This document shows, piece by piece, positions 51,888 to 63,800 of a stretch of DNA of 64,000 nt. The translations under genes and the position numbers were made by a program. Location: sequence record NC_028925.1. One strand, given 5' to 3'. Position 1 is the stretch's first letter, and every line of letters begins with the position of its first letter. This DNA is from Escherichia phage vB_EcoM_VR25. The notes below the pieces were generated by a model. That model saw only the letters and a list, made by a program, of their open reading frames with translations. It was not told where the DNA came from and made no database searches.

Positions 51888-52799
51888 TTAAAGGCCAGCC
51901 AGAAGGTCGTCAAGACCATCATCAGAAGGCTCTGGAGTGCTTGGAGCAGTCGCAGTGCGTTCAGACTTAGCAGGTTTACTGGAAGTGAAGTCTTCCATAT
52001 CTTTATCAAAATCGTCCAGGTCAGCGCCCAGTTTATCAGCTTGTGCAGCAGCTTTAGAAGCAGCACCGCCGAGAGCAGCTGTACCCATTACTTTAGAGAA
52101 TTTCTTCTGATTCTCTTCAAGGGATTTAAACACCAGCAATTCGTTCAGGTCAGACATTTCGTCCCAAAGTTTTTTCTGGAATGCTTCATCATTGATGCCA
52201 GCGATTTCAGACTGGTTCATGAATTTGGAATCATCGTAGTTTTTATAACCGGAAACCATTTTAGATTTCAGTACGAAGTTCGCACCTTCAAAAGGACAAG
52301 TTACATCAATAGCTGTTTCGCCCATGTCAACATCGACTTCAACCATCTGGTTGATTTTGTCCATGATTTTCTTACCGAAGCGGTATTTGAATACTTGGCC
52401 TTCGTTAGATGGAACAGCAGGGTCTTTAATGACCAGGATGTTAGCCCAGTAAGAAGTATTACGCTTCAGTTTACGATATTCGGATTCGTTTGTATTGTAC
52501 AGGTCATTCTTATTCATGTACGCACACACAGGACAGTTTTCATAGTCGCCGTGAGTAGAAGTACAGTTTTCAATATACCATTGACCAGCATTTTTAAAGC
52601 CGTGGTTAACCAACTTAATGAACGGAGATGGATTTTCTTCATTCTTAGAAGGCAGGAAACGAATAACCGCAGAGCCGACGCCATCAGTATCTTTCAGTTT
52701 CCATTCTTTTTTATCGTCAGAAGAGAAACCAGAACCACCTTTCAGAGCATTCAGGGAAGCGGCGAGGTCAGCTGGGTTTTTACGTTTAAACATAGACAT
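51888..52799 (-). CDS. 32: Single-stranded DNA-binding protein
   Basis: 303-aa ORF with acidic C-terminal tail, T4 position. Confidence 0.93.
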   Translation of the reverse strand: MSMFKRKNPADLAASLNALKGGSGFSSDDKKEWKLKDTDGVGSAVIRFLPSKNEENPSPFIKLVNHGFKNAGQWYIENCTSTHGDYENCPVCAYMNKNDLYNTNESEYRKLKRNTSYWANILVIKDPAVPSNEGQVFKYRFGKKIMDKINQMVEVDVDMGETAIDVTCPFEGANFVLKSKMVSGYKNYDDSKFMNQSEIAGINDEAFQKKLWDEMSDLNELLVFKSLEENQKKFSKVMGTAALGGAASKAAAQADKLGADLDDFDKDMEDFTSSKPAKSERTATAPSTPEPSDDGLDDLLAGL

Positions 52800-52858
52800 A
52801 GTGATTTCCTTTGATTATTTGATTTTAACAGTTGTTTTGATTACGTATTAATTATACT

Positions 52859-53527
52859 TCAGAGTGATTGAAGCGTTATTTGACAGTTTTTAACCGTCTC
52901 AATGAAAAGCTTACGAGCTTCAAGAGCATCTATATTTAAGATTTTCTTATAAGCATTTAGTTTGGTTGAATACTTGTCCCAAACCAAATCGTTAGTCTGT
53001 TCATCATGTTTATTTATTATATGCAAAAATGAGTCAAGCAAACAAAACGTTTCAAATGAGATAACATTCGATTGGAGAAGTTTGAAAATATAACTCGTGT
53101 TCACTTTAGTATTATACTCGAAAATCTCTTGAAGCGATTTGACTTCAACTTTCTTACTAAAGTAATAGATGTTCTTTATATCATCTTCGTATACTTGTTT
53201 AATTCTTTTAAGTCTGCCGATGTATTCCCTATAAAATATCAGAGCATCGGCATCACTTATATCACCTATCCATGCATCCTGGTTCGCGACCAGGTTTGAC
53301 ATGAATATTAACGTTAATTCTTTGAGAGTATACTTATCGCTAAGCTTTTCGAAAAAATACTTATCGCGGCGTTTTTGATAAGCACTATCGGAGATTCGCA
53401 TGGTCCAGTTATATTTGATAATATCATAACGACCCGAAAAATGCTGTTTGATGGATAAGTACAGTTGATATACTGATTTACCATTTATGTATCGGTTGTT
53501 ATTTGGAGGCATGCGAATCGTAATCAT
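52859..53527 (-). CDS. 59: Helicase loader gp59
   Basis: 222-aa ORF, position. Confidence 0.88.
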   Translation of the reverse strand: MITIRMPPNNNRYINGKSVYQLYLSIKQHFSGRYDIIKYNWTMRISDSAYQKRRDKYFFEKLSDKYTLKELTLIFMSNLVANQDAWIGDISDADALIFYREYIGRLKRIKQVYEDDIKNIYYFSKKVEVKSLQEIFEYNTKVNTSYIFKLLQSNVISFETFCLLDSFLHIINKHDEQTNDLVWDKYSTKLNAYKKILNIDALEARKLFIETVKNCQITLQSL

Positions 53528-53817
53528 AACAAAAAGTCCAGCGTATTAGTTTTCTGTGTACGAGACATACTCGGACGAAGCAGGTTATCATCATATGCTT
53601 CGTTCATAATCTTATCAATGATTCCCGCGGGAATGTATCGCGCAAAATTACCCTCAGGAACGCCACGTTCTTCTAACCAGGCAGTCGTAGCTTCCAGATA
53701 AGACATTTCAGTTGACTCAACCATGGCTTCAATATCAAGCCCGTTTTGCTGCTTACTAATCGCCCCGGAAGGCGATTCAGTTTTCTGTGTATCAAAATTA
53801 ACTAAAGAGGACATCAT
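53524..53817 (-). CDS. 33: Late-promoter transcription accessory protein gp33
   Basis: C-terminus ...MSYLEATTAWLEE...NLLRPS...KTNTLDFLL matches remembered T4 gp33; start at 53817 has GGAG RBS. Confidence 0.8.
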   Translation of the reverse strand: MMSSLVNFDTQKTESPSGAISKQQNGLDIEAMVESTEMSYLEATTAWLEERGVPEGNFARYIPAGIIDKIMNEAYDDNLLRPSMSRTQKTNTLDFLL

Positions 53818-54067
53818 AGAGCTCCACAGCTTCGGTTTTTTCATCTTCAAAACGCTCACGAGTACCTTTATGATACAAGCCGAGCTGTGTATTGAACATC
53901 TTACCGTCAACACCTAATTCAGTTTTTGCCTTATCTTTAAGGTCTTTAATTTCGTCCGCGTATGCTTCCATTTTTAATTTAGTATCGGAAGCAGCTTTAA
54001 TCAGCTTGGCCAGTTCAGCACCGTGAGTATCAGGACAAAATTCAACTTTCACTTTTTTCTCTTTCAT
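53798..54067 (-). CDS. dsbA: Double-stranded DNA-binding protein
   Basis: 89-aa ORF in the dsbA slot. Confidence 0.8.
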   Translation of the reverse strand: MKEKKVKVEFCPDTHGAELAKLIKAASDTKLKMEAYADEIKDLKDKAKTELGVDGKMFNTQLGLYHKGTRERFEDEKTEAVELYDVLFS

Positions 54068-54075
54068 AATATACC

Positions 54076-55020
54076 TTAATAAAATTCAGCAATATTTGCA
54101 GTTAGTTTAGACAGACCAGACTTAACAAAGTAAGGATAAACTTTACTTTTGGCTGGAATAGTGTAGTTATTATATCGTTCTAAGATTGAAGCGGATATTT
54201 CCGTTGGGATAAAGTCCATATCAATCAACAATTGGTTTTCACAGAATCTATTATATTGCTCTTCTGTTAAAAGCGTTTTCAGGACGTCATGGTCGTAATA
54301 GTTGAGCGCAATTTGTTCAAGCTCAGCAGCACGGGTCGGTGGAGTACGTTCCCCTTCTTCGTGAGTGTAATAAAAATCACCACGAACTTTGATGCTTGAC
54401 ACGTTATCTTTTTTGTCGCCTTTAACAACTTTTGTTACGCAATCCATAAGGGCATCGCCAGATTTTGTTTTTACATATTTTTTCTGCATCGGGGACCATT
54501 GTTTTACCCCAGGGAATTTATGCAACTGGGTAAAGTCACCATCCGAAGAAACAATCATAACCGGATGTCCGAGACCGGTGAGCAACTTCGTTAATACTGC
54601 AATATGGTCGTCTGCCTCAACTTTATCCATATTCATCACGATGTAAGGCATGTATTTTTCCATTTCATCAATGATGATGTGCATGGCAGCATGTAGACCT
54701 TCCCAATCGAATTGAGACTCTTCACGAGCTTTCGCACGGTTTTTCTTATAATAATAAGATTTCGTCCGGCGCCAATAACCATTCTTCGAGTTATCAACAC
54801 AAATAATTGGAATCGTATAACCGAGCTTCTTGAACTGCACAATATTTTTTCTGATGGAGTTCAGAACCAGGTGGCGGGTCATTGCGGTTGTTACCTTTGG
54901 ATAACCAGCGTCTTTGCCGAATTCCTGGAATGCCGCAGCCATGATTAGCTGACTAAAATCGAGTAACTGAAAACCTTCTTTTTGACGGTCTTCTTCAGGG
55001 AGTAAAAAATCTAAATTCAT
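54076..55020 (-). CDS. rnh: RNase H / flap endonuclease
   Basis: 314-aa ORF; ...LGYT.....DN...GYWRR..YYYKKNR.KAREES.WDWEG... matches remembered T4 RNase H. Confidence 0.92.
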   Translation of the reverse strand: MNLDFLLPEEDRQKEGFQLLDFSQLIMAAAFQEFGKDAGYPKVTTAMTRHLVLNSIRKNIVQFKKLGYTIPIICVDNSKNGYWRRTKSYYYKKNRAKAREESQFDWEGLHAAMHIIIDEMEKYMPYIVMNMDKVEADDHIAVLTKLLTGLGHPVMIVSSDGDFTQLHKFPGVKQWSPMQKKYVKTKSGDALMDCVTKVVKGDKKDNVSSIKVRGDFYYTHEEGERTPPTRAAELEQIALNYYDHDVLKTLLTEEQYNRFCENQLLIDMDFIPTEISASILERYNNYTIPAKSKVYPYFVKSGLSKLTANIAEFY

Positions 55021-55077
55021 ATGAACCTCTGTTCAATTAGTTGACTCGATTATATTAGCATAAAATTTTTAAAGCAA

Positions 55078-55085
55078 TATAAATA
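55078..55085 (+). promoter_or_regulatory. Late promoter box TATAAATA upstream of gene 34
   Basis: Exact TATAAATA 31 nt upstream of ATG. Confidence 0.6.
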
Positions 55086-55115
55086 CACGTATACCAATCA
55101 ATAAGGATAAAGCAC

Positions 55116-58100
55116 ATGGCCGATATTTTAAAACCAGCATTCAGAGCAACATCCGGTCTCGATGCTGCTGGTGAGAAAGTCATTAATGTCGCGAAAGCTG
55201 ATTACTCAGTTTTGTCAGACGGCGTGAACGTAGACTTCTTTATAGAAGAAAACACAATTCAACAATATGATGCAACACGCGGATATAAGAAAGATTTTGC
55301 AGTTATCTATGATAACCGTATTTGGGTTTCCCAACGCGAAATCGCAGAACCAGCTGGCTCATTTGTTCAGCAATATTGGACTGCAACCCGTACTGACCCG
55401 AAATGGGAAACTGTTGCATCACCGACTCGTCAGCTTAATTCCGGGGAATTTATCGCGGTCGACTCAGCTGCAAGCTTTACCACATTTACATTGCCTCCGA
55501 ACCCGACTGATGGTGATACCATCGTTATTAAAGATATCGGCGGCAATACCGGTTATAATGAAATCAAAGTTCAATCGAGCAATGTGCCTGGTCAAGGTAA
55601 CCAAAAAATTGTTCGTTTTGGTAATCAGTATTCAGAAGTTTTAATTACCAAACCGTTCTCTTATAACATGCTTATTTTCTCCAACCGTTTATGGCAGTTC
55701 TGGGAAGCAGGTAACGAAGAACGTGGAATAAGAATTGAACCAAGCTCTGGTAAATATCGTGCTCAGGCTGCAGACTTTATTATGCGCCGTTACACGACTG
55801 CAGAAAAAATTACATTTGTTCTTCCTAAGTATGCTAACCAAGGTGATATTGTCAAATCAGTAGACATAGATGGATTAGGGCCATTATATCACCTGGATGT
55901 TGAAACGTTTGACGAGTCAAGCTCTCTGGGTAAACAGGGTCAGCACAGTATGGAATTCCGTACAACTGGTGATGGCTTCTTCGTTTATAATGCCACTGAA
56001 AAACTGTGGGTGACTTGGGATGGTGATAACAAAACTCGCCTGCGTGTAATCCGTGACAGTGTGAAATTGCTGCCAAACGAAAGCATTATCGTATTTGGTA
56101 ATGATAACAGCACTCCACAGACAATTAACATCGACCTTCCAACGGGTGTTCGTTCTGGGGACGTAGTTAAGATTGCTCTGAACTATCTTCGCAAGGCACA
56201 GACTGTTAATATTAAGGCCACCGCGCTTGATAAAATCGCGTCTTCTGTTCAGCTGCTTCAGTTCCCGAAACGTTCGGAATATCCACCTGACACTGAATGG
56301 GTATTGGTTGACTCTTTGACTTTCAACGGTAACATAAGTTATACTCCGGTTATCGAATTAAGTTATCTTGAAGATACAGTTAGGAACATTAACTATTGGG
56401 TTGTTGCGCAAAACGTTCCGACTGTCGAGCGTGTTGACTCTAAAGACGATTTGACCCGTGCTCGTCTGGGTGTTATTGCACTGGCTAACCAGGCACAAGC
56501 AAACGTTGACCATGAAAATAACCCTGAAAAAGAATTAGCAATTACCCCGCAAACTTTAGCTAACCGTGTGGCTACTGAATCACGCCGCGGTATTGCACGA
56601 ATCGCTAACACAGCACAGGTTAACCAGGATACGACTTTTGCTTTCCAGGATGATATTATCGTTTCTCCGAAAAAGTTAAACGAACGTACAGCTACAGAAA
56701 CAAGACGTGGACTCGCAGAAATCGCCACACAGCAAGAAACTGATGCAGGTATAGATGATACCACAATCATCACTCCACGCAAGCTACAAGCTCGTCAGGG
56801 CTCTGAAAGCTTATCTGGTATTGTCAAGTATGTGCCGACTGTTGGAACTACTCCAGCCGCAAGTCGTATTACCGTTGGGACCAACATTTATAATAAGAAC
56901 ACAACTACTTTAGTTATTTCTCCTAAAGCTTTAGACCAATATAAAGCTGACCAGAATAACCAAGGTGCTGTATATCTAGCAACTCAGTCAGAAGTTAACG
57001 CAGGGGCAACAAATACAGGATTCAGTAACTCGGCCGTGACTCCTGAAACATTAGGTGCCCGCAGAGCAACAGATTCAAACCACGGTTTAATCGAGATTGC
57101 AACTCAGGTTGAAACTAATGCCGGTACTGATTATACCAGAGCTGTTACTCCTAAAACGTTGAATGACCGTAAAGCAACAGAATCATTATCCGGCATAGCC
57201 GAGATTGCTACGCAATCAGAATTTGATACTGGCACTGATGATACTCGTATTGCAACGCCATTAAAAATTAAAACTAGACTTAATAATACTGCTCGTACTT
57301 CTGTTATTGCTGCAAGTGGTTTAGTAGAAACAGGGACGCTCTGGGACCATTATACGCTGAATATTCTTGAAGCAAATGAGACTCAACGTGGCACCGCAAG
57401 ACTGGCTACTCAGCTTGAAGTTAATACTGGTACTGACGATAAAACAATCGTTACTCCGCTTAAGTTGATGTCGAAAAAAGCTACAGAAGGCACCGAAGGT
57501 ATTGTTCGCATCGCAACTCGTGCCGAAACCATCGCAGGAACAAGTTCTGTTCTGGCTGTTTCTCCTGTTAGTCTGAAATGGATTGCACAGTCCGAACCAA
57601 CATGGGCGGCAACCACGACGACCCGCGGCTTTGTTAAGATGTCTGAAGGCGCAATTACTTTTGTCGGTAATGCAACCGCAGGTTCTACTCAGGCCCTTGA
57701 CCTGTACGAGAAAAATAGCTATGCTATCTCTCCGTATGAGTTAAACAAAACCCTTGGTAACTTCCTGCCACGTCTGGCTAAAGCAGCGGACTCGGATAAA
57801 CTGGACAACCTGGATAGCACGCAGTTTATTCGTCGTGATATCGACCAAATCGTTGAAGGTACATTAACCCTTAGAAAGAACATAAGAGTTGATGGTCAAC
57901 TGGCAACCGGCGGTACTGGTGAATTTGGTGGCTCATTAGCTGCTAACTCAACATTTACTATCCGTAACACAGGTGCTTCAACTCGTTTGATATTTGAAAA
58001 AGGACCACAAACTGGAAATAACCCGTTTCAAACCATGAATATCCGAGTATGGGGTAACCAATTCGCTGGTGGTTCTGATACAAGTCGTTCTACGATATTT

Positions 58101-59015
58101 GAAGTTGGCGATGAAACATCCAACCACTTTTATTCGCAACGTAATAAAGACGGTAATATAGCGTTTAGCATTAATGGTACTGTAATGTCAATAAATGTTA
58201 ATGCTTCCGGTTTGTTGAATGTGAATGGCGTTGCAACATTCGGTCGTTCAGTTACTGCTAACGGTGAATTCATTAGCAAGTCTGCAAATGCTTTTAGAGC
58301 AATTAATGGTGATTACGGATTCTTTATTCGCAATGATGCTGCTACCACCTATTTTATGTTAACTAATTCAGGTGACCAGACTGGTGGATTTAATGGATTA
58401 CGGCCTTTAGCTATTAATAATGCCTCCGGTTTAGTAACTATTGGCGAAAGTTTGATTATTGCTAAAGGTGCAACGATTAATGCTGGCGGTTTAACAGTTA
58501 ACTCGAGAATTCGTTCACAAGGTACTAAACCCGCTGACCTTTATTCGAGAAAACCTAATGCAGATAATACAGGCTTCTGGTCTGTTGAAGTTAATGACTC
58601 TGCTACATATAATCAGTTCCCGGGTTATTTCAAAATGGTTGAAAAGACCAACGAAGTAACTGGTCTGCCTTATTTGGAGCGTGGTGAAGAAGTTAAATCA
58701 CCGGGTACATTAACTCAGTTTGGTAACACACTGAATTCACTCTATCAAGACTGGATTACTTATCCGAATACGACCACAGCAAGCACCACTCGCTGGACTC
58801 GTACATGGCAGCAGAACAAAAACGCATGGTCTGGTTTTGTTCAGGTATTTGATGGCGGTAACCCACCACAGCCTTCAGATATCGGTGCATTGCCTGCTGA
58901 TAACGCTTCGATGAGCAACCTGACTATCAGAGATTGGTTAAGAATCGGTAACGTACGTATTGTTCCGGACCCAGTAACTAAATCCGTTAAATTCGAATGG
59001 ATTGATACACCATAA
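55116..59015 (+). CDS. 34: Long tail fiber proximal subunit
   Basis: 1299-aa ORF; size and position as T4 gp34. Confidence 0.95.
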   Translation: MADILKPAFRATSGLDAAGEKVINVAKADYSVLSDGVNVDFFIEENTIQQYDATRGYKKDFAVIYDNRIWVSQREIAEPAGSFVQQYWTATRTDPKWETVASPTRQLNSGEFIAVDSAASFTTFTLPPNPTDGDTIVIKDIGGNTGYNEIKVQSSNVPGQGNQKIVRFGNQYSEVLITKPFSYNMLIFSNRLWQFWEAGNEERGIRIEPSSGKYRAQAADFIMRRYTTAEKITFVLPKYANQGDIVKSVDIDGLGPLYHLDVETFDESSSLGKQGQHSMEFRTTGDGFFVYNATEKLWVTWDGDNKTRLRVIRDSVKLLPNESIIVFGNDNSTPQTINIDLPTGVRSGDVVKIALNYLRKAQTVNIKATALDKIASSVQLLQFPKRSEYPPDTEWVLVDSLTFNGNISYTPVIELSYLEDTVRNINYWVVAQNVPTVERVDSKDDLTRARLGVIALANQAQANVDHENNPEKELAITPQTLANRVATESRRGIARIANTAQVNQDTTFAFQDDIIVSPKKLNERTATETRRGLAEIATQQETDAGIDDTTIITPRKLQARQGSESLSGIVKYVPTVGTTPAASRITVGTNIYNKNTTTLVISPKALDQYKADQNNQGAVYLATQSEVNAGATNTGFSNSAVTPETLGARRATDSNHGLIEIATQVETNAGTDYTRAVTPKTLNDRKATESLSGIAEIATQSEFDTGTDDTRIATPLKIKTRLNNTARTSVIAASGLVETGTLWDHYTLNILEANETQRGTARLATQLEVNTGTDDKTIVTPLKLMSKKATEGTEGIVRIATRAETIAGTSSVLAVSPVSLKWIAQSEPTWAATTTTRGFVKMSEGAITFVGNATAGSTQALDLYEKNSYAISPYELNKTLGNFLPRLAKAADSDKLDNLDSTQFIRRDIDQIVEGTLTLRKNIRVDGQLATGGTGEFGGSLAANSTFTIRNTGASTRLIFEKGPQTGNNPFQTMNIRVWGNQFAGGSDTSRSTIFEVGDETSNHFYSQRNKDGNIAFSINGTVMSINVNASGLLNVNGVATFGRSVTANGEFISKSANAFRAINGDYGFFIRNDAATTYFMLTNSGDQTGGFNGLRPLAINNASGLVTIGESLIIAKGATINAGGLTVNSRIRSQGTKPADLYSRKPNADNTGFWSVEVNDSATYNQFPGYFKMVEKTNEVTGLPYLERGEEVKSPGTLTQFGNTLNSLYQDWITYPNTTTASTTRWTRTWQQNKNAWSGFVQVFDGGNPPQPSDIGALPADNASMSNLTIRDWLRIGNVRIVPDPVTKSVKFEWIDTP

Positions 59016-59023
59016 GAGGTATT

Positions 59024-60160
59024 ATGGAAAAATTTATGGCTGAATTTGGACAGGGATATGTCCAGGTTCCCGTGCTTTCTGAAAATAACGCAGTAAGATA
59101 TAAATTGTCGATTGCAGGGACTTGTACTAAATCGCCAAACTATCCCTACGTTAAGTTTCAAGATGAGGCCTTCGGGCCTCAGAACTTCCAGAATGGATTA
59201 AACCTTATTGAAATCAACCCTGTAACAAATACAATTACAGCAACCAAAAACTATGGTTTCACAAAGGATTATGATGTAATTTCACAAGCTTTTGTGACTT
59301 ACATTAATTCAATCCCGGCTGGTAGAATTGTTTGTTTGATATCACAGGGTAAATTAAATGCATCACAGACTTTAATTGATTGGTTTCGTGCTCATGGCTC
59401 GACTGCATTCCCAGATAAGTGGTTAATCGACCAGGTTGACACATCTTATGCAGCCTTTTATATCACCGGACGAAATGCAATCGTTAAAGAACATGTATTG
59501 TATAATGATGGGGTAACTGTTGAGGATGTATTGACTCCATTGGAAATGGTGTACGACGACTTTGCTGATGTTGGTGGCACAGGCTTCCCCCTGCGCATCG
59601 TGGAAGACGAAAATACATATTACAGTAATGTTACACAAGAAATAAAACGCTTCCCCACAGACGACCCTATCACTCCTGTGGCCACATATAATATGGCTCC
59701 TGGTGATACTTTTTATTTGAAGTTTCAACTGACTTATGACCAGGCGTTAAAAGACCTTGGGACAACTCAGATGTCTGTACGATTCTTTACTGGTCAGACA
59801 ATGATTCAGTCAAATGATTATGATATCCCGGCGACTGGTCAGGCAAGTCCGCCCGCTGGAGCATGGATGACATTTGAACGCTATGTTGTTGTTCCACCGA
59901 ATGCTGATGGATTTACATTATATGCAAGGAAGACTGTAACCACAGGTCAGGGTGGAGTAAGGAATATTTTCTTCACAGAAATAGCGAGACAAGAAACTCA
60001 AGCCAAATCTGCTGAAATTGGTGTCAACGGTATAAGAATGGTTGTTGCCGGAGAACCAGGTAATATGGGTAATGTCATTGCACAATTGAATGATAAAAAT
60101 GCAACAAGGTCCAGTCAAGCTGGATTCGTATTTGCGGCTGAATTCAGAGAAAAACAATAA
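59024..60160 (+). CDS. 35: Long tail fiber hinge connector
   Basis: 378-aa ORF in gene 35 slot. Confidence 0.9.
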   Translation: MEKFMAEFGQGYVQVPVLSENNAVRYKLSIAGTCTKSPNYPYVKFQDEAFGPQNFQNGLNLIEINPVTNTITATKNYGFTKDYDVISQAFVTYINSIPAGRIVCLISQGKLNASQTLIDWFRAHGSTAFPDKWLIDQVDTSYAAFYITGRNAIVKEHVLYNDGVTVEDVLTPLEMVYDDFADVGGTGFPLRIVEDENTYYSNVTQEIKRFPTDDPITPVATYNMAPGDTFYLKFQLTYDQALKDLGTTQMSVRFFTGQTMIQSNDYDIPATGQASPPAGAWMTFERYVVVPPNADGFTLYARKTVTTGQGGVRNIFFTEIARQETQAKSAEIGVNGIRMVVAGEPGNMGNVIAQLNDKNATRSSQAGFVFAAEFREKQ

Positions 60161-60180
60161 GGACCTTCGGGTCCTTTTTT
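60161..60180 (+). terminator. Terminator after gene 35
   Basis: GGACC-TTCG-GGTCC stem followed by T6. Confidence 0.65.
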
Positions 60181-60183
60181 CGT

Positions 60184-60191
60184 TATAAATA
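60184..60191 (+). promoter_or_regulatory. Late promoter box TATAAATA upstream of gene 36
   Basis: Exact TATAAATA 26 nt upstream of ATG. Confidence 0.6.
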
Positions 60192-60216
60192 CTCCTATCT
60201 AATAAGGGGAACTAAT

Positions 60217-60876
60217 ATGGCCGATTTAAGAGTAGGCTCAACGACTGGCGGGTCAGTAATATGGCACCAGGGTAATTTTCCGTTGACGCCGGTTAGCAAC
60301 GATGTTTTTTACAAAACATACAAAGTATACACAGAATTTAATAAACCACAAGCAGCAGATAACGACTTTGTTTCTAAAGCAGCAGGTGGGACATATCTGA
60401 ACACTGTAGGGTTTGATAAAGATTTACAGTTTAAAGACACCGATGGGTATTGGGTTAAATTAGGACGTAAAGTAAACAACTCCCCAATGTCTGCTACATA
60501 TTCTTTCTCATTTAGAATGAGCAAAGGTATGGGTCTTGAGACATCGGATGGTACACCGTTTGTAATTTTTGACCCGAGCACTGTTGTAGGTGCAAACAGA
60601 CTTACTGTTATGGGTGATATCCTTGGTCGTCAAATTAAAGATGAATCAGGGAGAGTATTTTCTCCAGGGAATACTCCGTCAAAAGCACAAGTTGGATTAA
60701 GTGATGTGGATAACGCAAAACAGGTCCAAATAAATAATAGTAACATACAATCTATGGCTGGTGTTCTTTCAGCCCCGAATTTTATATCTAGGAACCCAGG
60801 TACATTGAACGAACACGTTCCTCGTATTGACCAGGTTGTTCTTAGAGGCACATACGAAGATTTTGGATATTATTAA
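60217..60876 (+). CDS. 36: Long tail fiber distal connector gp36
   Basis: 219-aa ORF in gene 36 slot. Confidence 0.9.
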   Translation: MADLRVGSTTGGSVIWHQGNFPLTPVSNDVFYKTYKVYTEFNKPQAADNDFVSKAAGGTYLNTVGFDKDLQFKDTDGYWVKLGRKVNNSPMSATYSFSFRMSKGMGLETSDGTPFVIFDPSTVVGANRLTVMGDILGRQIKDESGRVFSPGNTPSKAQVGLSDVDNAKQVQINNSNIQSMAGVLSAPNFISRNPGTLNEHVPRIDQVVLRGTYEDFGYY

Positions 60877-60884
60877 GAGGCAAT

Positions 60885-63800
60885 ATGGCTACTTTAAAAG
60901 CGATACAATTTAAAAGAAGTAAGACAGCTGGTGCCAAGCCTACTGTAGACCAGTTGGTTGAAGGTGAACTGGCTATTAACTTACGCGACCGCACGATTTA
61001 TACCAAAACCGACCAGAACCAGATTATCGACCTTGGATTTGCTAAAGGTGGTCAGGTTGATGGTGATATTCTCCAGAACGGCACATTTAACCTCAATGGT
61101 AATATGTTCGTTTACGCTGGTAAGTATATTGAATTCCTGCCTAAAACTGCCGGTAATGGCGCATGGTCCAACCAGCACTTGAATAAAGCTCCTATCTTTG
61201 CAGATTTAAGTTCAACTACCTCAGTATCAGAATACCATCCTCTGATTAAGCAACGTTATAAAGACGGTACTTTTTCTGCCGGTACATTAGTAAATGAAGG
61301 TAGTTTTAAATTCCATTATATTGATGAAACTGGTCAATCTAAATATTGGACATTTGCGCGCTCAGGTAATTTTCAAGTTGATTCTGGTAATTTATTAGTA
61401 TCTGGTGGGTATTTAGTCGCTCAGAATAATATTGAAACAAGAACAGGTTCTTTGATTGGTCCATCTGTTGTAACTAAAAATATTTCATTTGATACAAAAG
61501 CGTTCGGACAATACGATTCGCAGTCATTAGTTCAATATGTTTATCCTGGAACAGGTGAAGAAAATGGTATAAACTATCTTCGTAAAGTTCGAGCTAAATC
61601 AGGTGGAACCATTTACCATGAAATCGCTTCAGCTCAAACTGGTAAGAATGATGAAATTTCTTGGTGGAATGGAAATACACCTACTACTAAATTAATGGGT
61701 CTTCGTAATGATGGCGCCATGGTATTACGTCGTTCACTTGCTATTGGCACAATTACTGCTGACGAAAATACTAACAACTACGGCTCTCCTACTCCATTGG
61801 GAGAAAGATATATTGCTTTGGGCGATGCTGCCACTGGTTTAAAATACATTAAGCAGGGCGTTTATGATTTAGTAGGTAATTGGAATTCTGTCGCATCTAT
61901 TACACCTGACAGTTTCCGCAGTACTCGCAAAGGTTTATTTGGACGTTCAGAAGACCAAGGCACTACATGGATTATGCCTGGAATCAACGCCGCTCTTTTA
62001 TCAGTCCAAACTCAGGCTGATGTGAATAACGCAGGTGATGGTCAGACGCATATTGGCTATAACTCTGGTGGAAAAATGTCACATTATTTCCGCGGTAAAG
62101 GTCAAACGAATATTAACACTCAAGAAGGCATGGAACTTAATCCAGGTATTCTTAAACTGGTAACCGGTGCAAATAATGTACAATTTTATGCTGACGGCAC
62201 TATTTCTTCTATCCAACCTGTTAAATTAGACAACGAATTATTTTTAAATAGTTCTAATAATACTGCAGGCCTTAAACTTGGTGCCCCTAGCAAAGTTGAT
62301 GGCTCGAGAACTATCCAGTGGAACGCCGGGACCCGTGCAGGACAAAATAAAAGTTATCTGACTATGAAAGCTTGGGGTAATGCATTCGACTCCACTGCCG
62401 GCGAACGCGAAACTGTATTTGAATTGTATGACGGCCAGGGCTATCATTTTTATTCTCAACGTTTAGCTCCGACGGGTTCTGAAACTGTCGGTACTCTTCA
62501 ATTCAGAATTTCTGGCGCTTTACGTGTAGGTGGCGGTATTATATCGGCAGGTTCTATTGTTACTGAATCAAGTTTAGTTGCAAATAATGGATTATCTGTA
62601 AACGGACAAGCTAAATTCGGTGGAACAGCAGATGCATTAAGAATTTGGAATGCTGAATACGGTGCTATTTTCCGTCGTTCAGAAGCAGCATTGCATATTA
62701 TTCCAACTCCTAAAGACGCTGGTGAAAGCGGTGGAATAAGTAATCTCCGTCCATTAAGTATCAGCCTTAATAATGGTATGGTGCAAATGCGACATTCTGT
62801 TACGTTAGGCGATGATGGAGCTGGCGGTAATATGATTACTGTGGACAATGACGGTAAACTTGTTGTTGTTACGAGTCATAGTCGCATTTCTCCTAATTAT
62901 AATATGCAATTAGGACAAAATGCTTATATAGATATTGAGGCTACTGAAGGTGCACGCCCGGCGGGTTGGGGTTCATTTGCATCTCAGAACGATGCAAATG
63001 TCAGGGCTCCGATTTATATGAATATAGACCGTGCCGCTACTTCTGAATATCTCCCTATTATCAAACAACGTTACGTACAGGGCGATAGTACTTATTCTAT
63101 GGGCACCTTAATTTCTCGAGGAGACTTCCGCATCCATTATCACCAAGGTAATAGTACTACCGGCACTGATTTAAGCTGGGAATTCCGCCGCGACGGTGAT
63201 TTCCGCGCTTCGGGTAAAATTATTGCCGGTTCTGTTACTCTTGACCATGATGGTAACATCACAGGTGGTTCTGGTAATTTTGCTAACTTGAACAGTACAA
63301 TTGAATCACTTAAAACCGATATTGTATCAAGCTATCCAATTGGTGCTCCTATTCCATGGCCAACAGATACTCCTCCTGCGGGTTATGCTTTAATGACGGG
63401 TCAGCCCTTTGACAAGAGCACATATCCCAAGCTTGCCGTTGCTTATCCATCAGGTACTATTCCGGATATGCGTGGACAAACTATTAAGGGTAAACCGAGT
63501 GGTCGTGCCGTGCTGAGTGCGGAAGCTGATGGTATTAAGTCTCATAATCATAGTGCTTCTGCATCTAATACTGATTTGGGTACTAAAACCACATCAAGCT
63601 TTGATTATGGTACTAAAACCACATCAAGCTTTGATTATGGTACTAAGACCAGTAATACCACTGGTAACCATAACCATACAGTAAGTGGAACTACTGCCGC
63701 TGCAGGTAACCACCAACACGCGCGTTCAGGTCCTCAGGTACAAGGCGGCATACCCACTAGCGTATTCTATGACGGATACAATACTGTAGGTCCAAACGGC

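Noticed and set aside
51852-52814. 320-aa plus-strand ORF
   Set aside because: Lies entirely antisense to the well-supported gene 32 and has low-complexity, Phe/Ser-rich composition typical of antisense frames; no RBS
59150-59180. GAGGCC-TTCG-GGCCTC hairpin resembling the terminators
   Set aside because: Lies inside the gene 35 coding frame with no following T-run; likely coincidental or a minor RNA structure
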